64,000 bases of DNA from positions 21,717-85,716 of the forward strand of contig CALVEB010000004.1 of the NCBI GenBank assembly GCA_944326465.1, in the 5' to 3' direction. The position numbers were made by a program, and so were the translations under genes. Each line of letters opens with the position of its first letter. Positions within the stretch are counted from its first letter, which is position 1. The notes below the pieces were generated by a model. That model did not search any database, was not told the DNA's origin, and was given only the letters and a program-made list of their open reading frames with translations. This DNA comes from Candidatus Gastranaerophilales bacterium (GTDB lineage: Bacteria > Cyanobacteriota > Vampirovibrionia > Gastranaerophilales > Gastranaerophilaceae). This document shows, piece by piece, positions 38,738 through 47,443 of this stretch.

Positions 38738-40474
38738 TTATGCTGCGCGGTTACCGTAAAAGTTAACCATTTTGCTTTTCAGAAATTCGTTGTTAGCCTG
38801 ACTGGTTTCAATAGGAGCAGTTGGTTGTTCTGTCATTTTTTTAGCGTTGTTGCGTTCTTCACGCTTGTTTGTCATATAGATATTCAGTCTTGGAATACCT
38901 ATACCGAGTACCAGTGCAGAGTAAGCATAACCGATTAGCTGCGCAAGGTTAAGAACATTCAGTTTGCCCCTTGTAACTTTGTCTGCTTCAGGAAGTAATT
39001 TCATCATTTTAGAGAAACTTAAAGCCTTACCGTGTTCACCAAGTGTTGAAACTTCTGCTTTTCTCAAGCCTTCAATTAATACTTCATCTTTTGTCTTTAA
39101 TGAAGAATTAATAAAGCGCTTGAATACATTTGTGCTTTTTTCCGCTGTATTTAATAAAGATTTAGACTTGTCAAGCGCCATAACTGCACCTTTGGTAACA
39201 AGGCTGCCGATAATCAGCAGGTTAAGGAATCCTAAAGTATCCTTGATAGCGGATTCTCTGAGTTCGTCCTTGTCACGTGCCGCAAAAAGTCTTGACATAA
39301 TCGTCATACCATAAACGAATTTTAACTGGTTAATTGTCGGCGTCATTCCTTTAAATTGAAGTTTTGACAGGAATTTAGACGGTTTAGTTGTGATTGTAGC
39401 AAGAGCGCCGATTCCGAGAGCCAGCCCTGTCACTACTTTCATTAATGCGAATGATTTAGAATCATCTTTCTGGCGGCCTTCAACTCCGACAAAACCATCA
39501 CTGCCTGTACGCTTTTTAGTCAAATATCTGTTGACCGGTTGTACAGACATACCGAATAACGCCGCAAATCCTAAACCGAGTGCGGAACGTTTGAGGTTAA
39601 GGGATTTAAGACCTTTTACAAATTTGTTATTAGTATGGATGTCAGTATTGATAAATTCTTCTATAACATTATCCTGAACAAATGTTTTTGAAATATTCAA
39701 AATGTTTTCAACAGTTGTTCTTAAAGTCGTAGTTGATGTTCTTACTCCGTTGTCAAGCTTAGCTGTTTCTTTGCCGCCTGTTGCTTCTGAAATCACATTG
39801 ACTATACGTTCAAGTCGTTCATTGAAAAGCTTTTTCATAAACTTTTTGTAGTAATTTTTTTGATTCTTAAAAATTTCAGCATCTTCCATGTTGTGAACGA
39901 TATCGTCAATTAACATATTTTTTGCGTCATCAGAGATGGTTTTATACCCGTTGTTGAAGGTAGAAATTCTGCTCAAAATATTGTTTGCAAAATCTTTTTT
40001 AATTTCTTTCGGCAGCACTGAATATTGTCCTGTAGAATCTTTTGTAAGTGCTCCGCCATTTGCAAGATAATTTTTCAATGAAGTATGCCATTCTGATGCC
40101 ATAATATCAATAGCATTGTTGTCAGCATAAATTCTGTGAGCCTTTATACCATACTTATTGTTAAATGCAGCAGCTAAAGCCATGCCTGCAACGGTTCCGT
40201 AGACACCAACCATAGAATGGTTGAAGGTACCGCAAGATTCACGGATAAAAGTTTCAGTTCCGGCCTGCGGTCCGCGTTTACGCATATCAGTCCAGGTTCT
40301 CGGGATAACCATAGAGCCTAAGTCAACAGCATTAGCGCCCCATGCCTGATTGGTTTCGAAAAATCTCAGACCGCCTGTCACAATGTCCATTGCGCCGGTA
40401 AATCGAGGCTGTTCATCATTGTTGTTATTATTTAGTTTTTGTTCAAATTTTGGGGTAATATATTGTACTTTCAT
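38738..40474 (-). CDS. Large uncharacterised membrane protein, paralog B
   Basis: 578 aa with an AAGGAG RBS. Shares VIPRT, FIRESCG, VQPVNRYLTKKRTGSDG and LQFKGMTP...ARDKDELRESAIKDTLGFLNLLIIGSLVTKG with 40486..42189. Confidence 0.7.
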   Translation of the reverse strand: MKVQYITPKFEQKLNNNNNDEQPRFTGAMDIVTGGLRFFETNQAWGANAVDLGSMVIPRTWTDMRKRGPQAGTETFIRESCGTFNHSMVGVYGTVAGMALAAAFNNKYGIKAHRIYADNNAIDIMASEWHTSLKNYLANGGALTKDSTGQYSVLPKEIKKDFANNILSRISTFNNGYKTISDDAKNMLIDDIVHNMEDAEIFKNQKNYYKKFMKKLFNERLERIVNVISEATGGKETAKLDNGVRTSTTTLRTTVENILNISKTFVQDNVIEEFINTDIHTNNKFVKGLKSLNLKRSALGLGFAALFGMSVQPVNRYLTKKRTGSDGFVGVEGRQKDDSKSFALMKVVTGLALGIGALATITTKPSKFLSKLQFKGMTPTINQLKFVYGMTIMSRLFAARDKDELRESAIKDTLGFLNLLIIGSLVTKGAVMALDKSKSLLNTAEKSTNVFKRFINSSLKTKDEVLIEGLRKAEVSTLGEHGKALSFSKMMKLLPEADKVTRGKLNVLNLAQLIGYAYSALVLGIGIPRLNIYMTNKREERNNAKKMTEQPTAPIETSQANNEFLKSKMVNFYGNRAA

Positions 40475-40485
40475 TATGTTTCTCC

Positions 40486-42189
40486 TTACGAATTAAATAT
40501 TGCCCGAAACGCGGGATTGTGCTTGATAGATGCTTTTACGATGTCCGATGACAACGTAGAGCCCGCGGCGGCGCCGGTCGCTGCTCCGGCTTTAGTATTC
40601 GCAAGTTCTTTTGCTTTGCGTTCTTGTTCTTTTTTGTTTGTAACTGTTCTGTTATATAACGGGATAAATACACCCAGTGCAATAAGTGAGAATGCAAGGT
40701 TACCTATCTGACAGATTGTACGTAACCGCTTGTCTTTTACAGTTGAAAGTTCATCAGTCGATTTGAGTGCGGTATGTTTTGTCCAGTGCCAGAATTTTTC
40801 AAGCGGATTTGCATTACGTTTCAAAGGTTTTAGTGTATTTATTAATTTTGCATCAGGATCTTTGTGTTCAATGTATGTTGCAATACCTTTAGCCGCAAAA
40901 TCACCTAAGAAATAGAAGCTCAGGAATGTTGCAATATCTCGGATTGTTGCTTCACGAAGATCATTAGCATCTTCTGATGCGCCCATACGGCTTGCAAATG
41001 TTGCGGTTGAAATTATTCGCGCCTGATCCATAGACGGGAATTTGCCTTTGAATTGCAGCATATTAAGTGTAGGAAGTTTCATCATAGAAAGCAGTCCGAC
41101 ACCAATCATAGAGCCGACAGAAATTATTTTTTGTTTAAATAATTGTGCTTTTTCTTCTTTAGTCGGTTCTTTATATTCCTTGCCGTTATAAATCGGCGCA
41201 CCTTTTTGTCCTGCTGATTTGTGGGTAAGCCATCTGTTAATAGGCTGCATTGATATAGCCAGCGGCAGTATTACAGCTAAACCGCCCAAACTTTTCCAGT
41301 TAACAAATTTGCTTGCTTTTTTAGCGTAAGTTTCTAACTGCGATGCGTCTGTTATATTTTCCTTTGCAACCCCTCTCAGGAATTTAACCATGTTTGAATA
41401 AATACTTTCGAGGTTGGTTGAATGGAATTTGTTTTCGCCTTTGAATTTTAAGTTTTCAGTAATATGAGTTTTAGCCGCAATTATATTAAATGCCTCTTTT
41501 GACAATTTAGAGCCATTGTGTTCATCATGTACAGCTTTTACAAGTTTTTCAAATATTTTGTCATCTTCTGAGGTCAGAATTTTGTTGAATGCTTTTTCAC
41601 TCTTGCCGTCAATACCTGATATATCGTAGGTTAAATTTTTGAAAGCGTTGAATAATTTTTCATCGCCTGACCCTTGAGCATTTTTGTAATAATGCGTAAT
41701 TTTTTCAATAGTGTTTGTATCAGCCCAGTTGCCGGCAAGATTTGATTTGTTAAACGGTTTCATCAGAGCCGGCACAAACTTGTTCAACCCGCTTGCAATA
41801 CCGTAAACGATATAGCCCGGGATAAGGCAGTTTACAATGAGTCCGGAGGATTCACGTCTAAATGCTTCCATACCGGCAAGCAGATTGATTTTATGGTGTT
41901 TGTTTTCTTTGTTTTCATCTTTTTTCGGATTTGTATCTTTTGGTACCGCAAAAGTTTCAACTAATGTACGCGGAATAATTGCTGTTGCTAGATCCAGCAC
42001 GGTTACATTTATCATCGGATGTTTTTCGCATTGCTGTACGAGCTTAATCCCGCCTTCTGCTGCTTTTTTTGCGTATGTGTGTGCCAGACGGCTTGCAGAA
42101 TCCCTGAATCCGCCAAATGATACGTCATTTTTGTCCTGACGCGGGGTATATTTGCTATTTATATCACTTAATTTAATTTCACTAATCAT
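40486..42189 (-). CDS. Large uncharacterised membrane protein, paralog A
   Basis: 567 aa. IIPRT, FRRESSG, MQPINRWLTHKSAGQKG, LQFKGKFP...SEDANDLREATIRDIATFLSFYFLGDFAAKG. It ends 11 nt upstream of paralog B. Confidence 0.7.
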   Translation of the reverse strand: MISEIKLSDINSKYTPRQDKNDVSFGGFRDSASRLAHTYAKKAAEGGIKLVQQCEKHPMINVTVLDLATAIIPRTLVETFAVPKDTNPKKDENKENKHHKINLLAGMEAFRRESSGLIVNCLIPGYIVYGIASGLNKFVPALMKPFNKSNLAGNWADTNTIEKITHYYKNAQGSGDEKLFNAFKNLTYDISGIDGKSEKAFNKILTSEDDKIFEKLVKAVHDEHNGSKLSKEAFNIIAAKTHITENLKFKGENKFHSTNLESIYSNMVKFLRGVAKENITDASQLETYAKKASKFVNWKSLGGLAVILPLAISMQPINRWLTHKSAGQKGAPIYNGKEYKEPTKEEKAQLFKQKIISVGSMIGVGLLSMMKLPTLNMLQFKGKFPSMDQARIISTATFASRMGASEDANDLREATIRDIATFLSFYFLGDFAAKGIATYIEHKDPDAKLINTLKPLKRNANPLEKFWHWTKHTALKSTDELSTVKDKRLRTICQIGNLAFSLIALGVFIPLYNRTVTNKKEQERKAKELANTKAGAATGAAAGSTLSSDIVKASIKHNPAFRAIFNS

Positions 42190-42718
42190 AAATTTATTGT
42201 CTGGTTTCTACCTAATAACTACAAGTATTATAACAAGCACACATTCATTATAAAAGCGGGGCAAAATTAAAATTGCTATTTATACACTTAATGTAAAGTT
42301 TATATTAAGAAGGTATTTTGATTTTTTTTCTAATAATAAAATTTTTTAAAACACTTTATTCATTTTTTGTGCAAAATTTATTTTGTTTATATTAAATATA
42401 CCTTAAATATGCGAATTTTTTAATACTTTTATTGTGTAAATTTTTGTAACAATTTTTCTTGAATGCTGCATTTTGGTTTTAATTTGCCCATATTTTCCGG
42501 CATGCAGGAATTACATATTATGATTAAAACTTTTACACAAAAACTTTTCTCCCTATATGTAATACTTTTTTCTGATAATCATTTTTTCATCGGGCTTTTT
42601 GCTTAGATATAATTAAGCATTTTGCGTACTTTTAAAATAACAGCAGCGTAGAATAGTTTTAACCGATGTTCACCCTTATCATATATTCAGTGCTCTTATA
42701 ATTTCGGGAGGCTTTATT

Positions 42719-43642
42719 ATGAAAAAAGCTTTTATTATATTATGTATTATACTGTCAGTAAATACCGGATATGCAGGTCAGTATACTGCTACACTGGATA
42801 AAATAGAGAATGAGATTTTCGGGTTCCAGTACGGTAATGAATCCGATGAAACCCGATTAAGCCGTATAGAAGAAAGTGTTTACGGGCAAGCCGCAGGCGG
42901 TACCACACAGGACAGAATTGCAAAATTAACAAAAGACCTTTCTGCAAATGAGATAGGAAAAGAAATAGAGCCTAAAGAAGATACTTTTATGGATGAAACA
43001 GGCGATTATGCAGATACACCATCCGTTGCGCAGGGTCCAAACGTAGATTATCCGGCTGTTAATGAATTAGAAATGCAGGTTTTTAAAACTGAATACAAAA
43101 ACAAAAATATAAATGACAGACTTGCGAATCTTGAAAAGCAAACATTTGGCAAGACATTTAATGACGATTTAAGCACGCGTGTAGACAGGCTTAAGGCTGA
43201 AATCAAACCCGCATCATTAATGGATAATCAGATAGCGCAATCTTCAAATAATTTTTATGATGATGACGTTGTTGAATTAGACAAGGATTATCACCTTGAC
43301 AGATATGAACCGCCTTCATTTGATTATGACGCATATAATGCAAGACATTCCTCTCCTGCTCCGGCTCCCAAGCGGACTAACCTTGCAAGCATTGAAAAAT
43401 CAATGTTTAAACAGACCTATAACAGTGATGATATTAATAATCGTCTTTCACGCATTGAATCCGAAATGTTTGGAACAACATTTGCGAACGACACGCAGCG
43501 CGACCGTATAAACAGAATTGCAAGTGCATATACCGCGCAAAAAAGTGCCGGAACATACGATTCAAATAAATTTTCACAAAATATGGCAACGGCAATGCAA
43601 ATAGGCACACTTATATTAATGGTACTGGCCTGTGTTTTATAA
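42719..43642 (+). CDS. Secreted, C-terminally anchored protein with a triplicated L-x-x-(I/L)-E-x-x-x-F-G module
   Basis: Signal peptide MKKAFIILCIILSVNTGYAG and a C-terminal TM segment IGTLILMVLACVL. Motifs: DKIENEIFGF/RLSRIEESVYGQ; VNELEMQVFKT/RLANLEKQTFGK; ASIEKSMFKQ/RLSRIESEMFGT. Confidence 0.7.
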   Translation: MKKAFIILCIILSVNTGYAGQYTATLDKIENEIFGFQYGNESDETRLSRIEESVYGQAAGGTTQDRIAKLTKDLSANEIGKEIEPKEDTFMDETGDYADTPSVAQGPNVDYPAVNELEMQVFKTEYKNKNINDRLANLEKQTFGKTFNDDLSTRVDRLKAEIKPASLMDNQIAQSSNNFYDDDVVELDKDYHLDRYEPPSFDYDAYNARHSSPAPAPKRTNLASIEKSMFKQTYNSDDINNRLSRIESEMFGTTFANDTQRDRINRIASAYTAQKSAGTYDSNKFSQNMATAMQIGTLILMVLACVL

Positions 43643-43695
43643 ACACTAAAAGGTCTCACCTTAAATAATGCGCGGTTAGAATAACACAATACTGG

Positions 43696-44127
43696 TTATT
43701 TGCCTTCAAGAGCGAATGCGCTTATGCCTAATTTGTAGCTGTCAATGCCAAAACCTGCAATCTGACCGATGCAGACAGGAGCAATTAATGACTTATGTCT
43801 AAAGTCTTCGCGTGAATGAATATTGGTCATGTGTACTTCCACGACTTTTGCGTTGGCTGCAGTTATAGCATCCCGTATTGCTATGCTGGTATGCGTATAT
43901 GCGCCTGCATTCAAGACGACGCCATCGTACCGTGTAATACTGGCCTGTATTTTTTCAACAATTTCACCTTCAAGATTACTGTGCCAGCAATCAAGTTCAA
44001 TATTTAATTCCTTTGCAAAACTTTTTAATATATCTTCCATTTCGCTAAGAGTAATATTCCCGTACTTTTCCGGCTCACGAATGCCCAGCATATTCATATT
44101 TACGCCATTGATAACCAGTATTTTCAT
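43696..44127 (-). CDS. aroQ: Type II 3-dehydroquinate dehydratase
   Basis: MKILVINGVNMNMLGIREPEKYG...HSNLEGEIVEKIQ...NAGAYTHTSIAIRDAI. Confidence 0.93.
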   Translation of the reverse strand: MKILVINGVNMNMLGIREPEKYGNITLSEMEDILKSFAKELNIELDCWHSNLEGEIVEKIQASITRYDGVVLNAGAYTHTSIAIRDAITAANAKVVEVHMTNIHSREDFRHKSLIAPVCIGQIAGFGIDSYKLGISAFALEGK

Positions 44128-44202
44128 GCCTTTACCTCCTAACTAATTATAATATAAAATCAAGTAATTGTAAATTTTTATTAATTTTTTGACAATGAAT
44201 GT

Positions 44203-44307
44203 AACAAAATCTTCATGCTTAGTTTATCATGCATGTACAACTATCCCCAAATCTCCTCCCAAGATTATTGTTCAAAGTCATGCTAACTTATAGCGTGGCT
44301 TTTTTTT
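44203..44307 (+). ncRNA. Candidate small RNA (plus-strand orphan terminator preceded by a C/U-rich tract)
   Basis: Stem GTCATGC/GCGTGGC (44277-44299) followed by T8 (44300-44307), with no plus-strand gene upstream. CCCCAAATCTCCTCCC (44245-44260) is complementary to SD-like GGAGG. A weak promoter is TTGTAA-N17-GACAAT (44168-44196). Confidence 0.25.
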
Positions 44308-44357
44308 ATACAAAGGCAGAAGAATATATAAGTATTCAGATATAGCGAGGCGCTGAT

Positions 44358-44609
44358 TTATTCAAAAGTTATCTTTGAAGAAACTTCAGCAACAATGCGT
44401 GCAATATCTGCGCCGCCTATTGCGACCTCAAGTATCAATGGAGAATGGATTAATACCGTTTCTCTATATTCCATCGTATCTATATCAATTATATTAAATT
44501 CAATAAAGTCATCGCCGGCATAAATAAGTTTTCCATACTCTCCCCCGGTTGCCCAACGAATAAACATGTATTGATTTTCATGTTCTTTTAGTTTTTCTAC
44601 TAATCTCAT
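44358..44609 (-). CDS. Hypothetical protein (83 aa)
   Basis: ORF only; no family recognised. Confidence 0.45.
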   Translation of the reverse strand: MRLVEKLKEHENQYMFIRWATGGEYGKLIYAGDDFIEFNIIDIDTMEYRETVLIHSPLILEVAIGGADIARIVAEVSSKITFE

Positions 44610-44681
44610 CTACTAAATACCTACATCCTATATAATTATATTTTATTCATTTTTTATTTAAAGTCAACTTTTTAGAAAAAA

Positions 44682-45329
44682 TTAAATATTGAAACTTTTT
44701 CTTGCGCCTTCTTCGTGATAGAAGCCGCCGCCGCAAATTGTTTCAACCACTTTGAGCACGAATTCACGCGGAGCATCAAGTTGATTGAGGTAAAATTCAC
44801 GATTAGTAAGGTGGCGTATTTTCATTATGGAATTCTGGTTAGTTTCTGCCGGAATGAATAAAGAGGCAACCTCATTATCCAAAAGCCTTACCATTTCTTC
44901 ATCGTGTTCTGTAACACCTTTCATTAATTCATTATAGTTGCCTTTTATAGCCATAATTCTGCCAGAGAAAAGGTGCTGACCGTTTTCTCGATAAAGCGCC
45001 TGCGGCTGAAAATTACACCGTGTTGTAAAACTCATCTTGTGCCATAAAATGTTAATAATCACAACTGATTTTTGCGCGTCAGTATCTACATAAATATTCT
45101 GTGTCGTAACCCCGCGGGAGGAAAAAGCCTCCTTTAAGGTCTCAGAAACCGCCTGAAGATTATCTATCATACGCAAAAAAATCTCATTGGTATTTACTGT
45201 TGCACGCTGATAGTCCAAAAATTGTTTATACATGTGTGCAGAAACAAGCCCTACTCTTTCTTGCAGCAGTGCTGATTTACGTGCTGATGTTTCAGAATTA
45301 TCAAAACTTTCGAAGTTGTTGTTTAACAA
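44682..45329 (-). CDS. Hypothetical protein (215 aa, TTG start)
   Basis: ORF with an AAGGAT RBS; no family recognised. Confidence 0.5.
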   Translation of the reverse strand: MLNNNFESFDNSETSARKSALLQERVGLVSAHMYKQFLDYQRATVNTNEIFLRMIDNLQAVSETLKEAFSSRGVTTQNIYVDTDAQKSVVIINILWHKMSFTTRCNFQPQALYRENGQHLFSGRIMAIKGNYNELMKGVTEHDEEMVRLLDNEVASLFIPAETNQNSIMKIRHLTNREFYLNQLDAPREFVLKVVETICGGGFYHEEGARKSFNI

Positions 45330-45480
45330 TTTAGAAATCCTTATTTGTATACCATATTCTAATAATAAACATGGTGCTATGTAAAGATTATAAAACTTTT
45401 TTTTACAAAACTGAATAGATGTATGGGTGTATTTTTTTAAAATACAAGTTCAAATTTTAAGTCACTTTTTAAATACTAAT

Positions 45481-45804
45481 TTAAAGTAAATCATTTGTAA
45501 TCTTGTATAAAAAGCGTAATTTATTTTGGTCAGTCTCAATTATTTTTATATTTTTCAGTATTTTTTCCAAATACTCCTGATTTGTGAAAAAATCCTGAAA
45601 GTTATATAAATCTTTTTCTTCTACATTCAAAGCGGCCGCTATTTTTTCAAGGTTTTCAGGTGAGGGATAATTCCTGCCGGTTTCTATTTTGCTCAAGCTT
45701 GAGATGTCAAGTCCCAGTATTTCAGAAAAATTTTCCTGCGTAATACCTTGTGATTTTCGAAGTGATTGTATGCGTTTGCCAAGTTTAATTTTTAAGTTAG
45801 TCAA
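45481..45804 (-). CDS. XRE-family HTH transcriptional regulator (TTG start)
   Basis: LGKRIQSLRKSQGITQENFSEILGLDISSLSKIETG. Paralog of 9537..9866. AAGGAG lies 6 nt before the TTG. Divergent from P4. Confidence 0.85.
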   Translation of the reverse strand: MTNLKIKLGKRIQSLRKSQGITQENFSEILGLDISSLSKIETGRNYPSPENLEKIAAALNVEEKDLYNFQDFFTNQEYLEKILKNIKIIETDQNKLRFLYKITNDLL

Positions 45805-45854
45805 AATTTGCTCCTTATTAAGATTTTAAAATATATAAAAATATTTTTAATGTA

Positions 45855-45917
45855 TTGTTAGGCAATTTTATACTTGACAATAATGCTTAATAATCATAAA
45901 ATAGTTTTGTTAAGCAA
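45855..45917 (+). promoter_or_regulatory. P4 promoter flanked by repeated TTGTTA(G/A)GCAA sites
   Basis: TTGACA (45874-45879), 17-nt spacer, TAAAAT (45897-45902). TTGTTAGGCAA lies at 45855-45865 and TTGTTAAGCAA at 45907-45917. Confidence 0.5.
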
Positions 45918-45934
45918 AATAAGGAGTCAAAAAT

Positions 45935-47380
45935 ATGTCTAATAATGCATCTACAAAGTATGCTTTCACTCTCGCGGAAGGCAGGGTGGACAAAGTCCAC
46001 TTTAATACTTGGAAAACTGCTAAAGGTGGACAAATCCAAGACATCGAACGCGAAGGCAGGCTAGCCTGCACCACCACTCAGGCGCCCGCAAAAGCGCAAC
46101 GGTGCCAATACGTCATTGCGAGCGAATGCGAAGCAATCCAGCCTATTGAAAAAGCGGGATTAGAACAACAGAATACGGGACTAATTCATGTAAAGAACTT
46201 ATTCCCTTATTTCCCTGTCTTGGATTTGCTCCACGCTCACGGAGACTCGCCTGAGGAGCGTTGCTCCAGTCGGCTCGTTCCGTTCGCTATCCGGACTCGC
46301 TTCGCTCCGTCCGTCCGCAAATCCGCTAATCCCTTATTCCCTTGTAGTAAACGCGTCGCCTTCACTCTCGCCGAGGTCCTCATCACCCTCGCGGTTATCG
46401 GCATCGTTGCAGCACTCACATTACCGGGGCTCATCCAGAACCACAATGAAAAAGCTTGGTCTACCGCGAAAGACCTCTGGGAAAAGAAACTCACAGAAAC
46501 CGTCCGCAGAATGAATGTCGACGGCGTAATGACCGGTCACGATACAACAGAAGCCTTCATGAACACTTTCAAAAACTATATGAAAGTAATCAAAACCTGT
46601 GATAACTCTGAGCTTAATAAATGTTACAGTCCGGAATTTGTGTTGACCGGTAAAAGAGATAATTTAGAGAAAAAATATATAGAAGATTTCAAAACAGCAG
46701 GTGACTTAGGAATAACAGATTGGAATACTAATACAATATCATTTGTTGTTGCAGATGGTACAACAGTTATTATGGCTTATAATCCAAAGTGTCCTTATGC
46801 AGATCCAGTTGAAGATACTGGCAGTCAAGTATCTTGTATAAGTATGATGATAGATGTAAACGGCAAAAAATCTCCTAACCGCGTTGGTAAAGATATTTTG
46901 CTCTCTAATGCAACCATTTCCACCTGCGATAATCCGATAGGAGATATGTGTTTGAGTACATCTTTAAAAATAGAAAAGATAGATACTTGTGACGGAACAA
47001 GTCCCTATGATTCGTTTTTTTCGTATGATAATGTAGGAAATGCTTGTGAAAATAATTACTGGGCAGGTGCTGTAAAAACTTGTAAAGACAATAACATGGA
47101 ACTGCCGACCGGTGCGCAATTTGCAGAAATAGCAAATAATTTATATGTAGACCGTAATGGTGACCCGATAAAATTAAAAGTAAACGGCAATAAAAGTAAT
47201 ATAAAATTTAAGGATGAATACAAAGACAATCCTCCTATTGCTCTTGGTAATTACTGGGTAAATGACGATCAGGGGTCGTTCGCAAGGATGCATTATTTTG
47301 GAGGAGAGAGTACCAGCGGAAACAGTAGTACTTCTAAACATAACAGTGCAGCCCGCAATGTTCTATGTATTTCAAATTAG
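45935..47380 (+). CDS. Type IV pilin-like protein P4 (DUF1566-like C-terminus) with a 396-nt in-frame repeat insertion splitting the prepilin leader
   Basis: MSNNASTKYAFTLAEG-[132 codons of repeat DNA]-VAFTLAEVLITLAVIGIVAALTLPGLIQNHNEK...IDVNGKKSPNRVGKDI...NYWAGAVKTCKDNNMELPTGAQFAEIANNLY. RBS AAGGAG. Confidence 0.65.
   Translation: MSNNASTKYAFTLAEGRVDKVHFNTWKTAKGGQIQDIEREGRLACTTTQAPAKAQRCQYVIASECEAIQPIEKAGLEQQNTGLIHVKNLFPYFPVLDLLHAHGDSPEERCSSRLVPFAIRTRFAPSVRKSANPLFPCSKRVAFTLAEVLITLAVIGIVAALTLPGLIQNHNEKAWSTAKDLWEKKLTETVRRMNVDGVMTGHDTTEAFMNTFKNYMKVIKTCDNSELNKCYSPEFVLTGKRDNLEKKYIEDFKTAGDLGITDWNTNTISFVVADGTTVIMAYNPKCPYADPVEDTGSQVSCISMMIDVNGKKSPNRVGKDILLSNATISTCDNPIGDMCLSTSLKIEKIDTCDGTSPYDSFFSYDNVGNACENNYWAGAVKTCKDNNMELPTGAQFAEIANNLYVDRNGDPIKLKVNGNKSNIKFKDEYKDNPPIALGNYWVNDDQGSFARMHYFGGESTSGNSSTSKHNSAARNVLCISN
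46215..46331 (+). repeat. 117-nt GC-rich core repeat, copy B (inside the P4 reading frame)
   Basis: 115 of 117 nt are identical to 24035..24151. It is flanked by reverse-orientation octamers (cttattcccttatttccc and aatcccttattccctt). Confidence 0.9.
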
Positions 47381-47407
47381 ATTAAAATAGTTTTAAATAA
47401 TTCGGGC

Positions 47408-47437
47408 TTGACCGGAGTTTTACGCTTGTACTATAAT
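47408..47437 (+). promoter_or_regulatory. Sigma-70-type promoter of radA; geometry implies a leaderless mRNA
   Basis: TTGACC (47408-47413), 18-nt spacer, TATAAT (47432-47437). ATG 47444 lies 7 nt after the -10 element with no SD sequence. Confidence 0.5.
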
Positions 47438-47443
47438 CTACTT

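Noticed and set aside
45981-46357. The P4 insert as a self-splicing (group I or II) intron or an intein
   Set aside because: No recognisable intron core or intein splice motifs (C/S...HN-C/S/T) are present. The insert is built from the same short modules found in intergenic DNA, and it is flanked by a duplicated target, which introns and inteins do not create. Removal at the RNA level still cannot be formally excluded.
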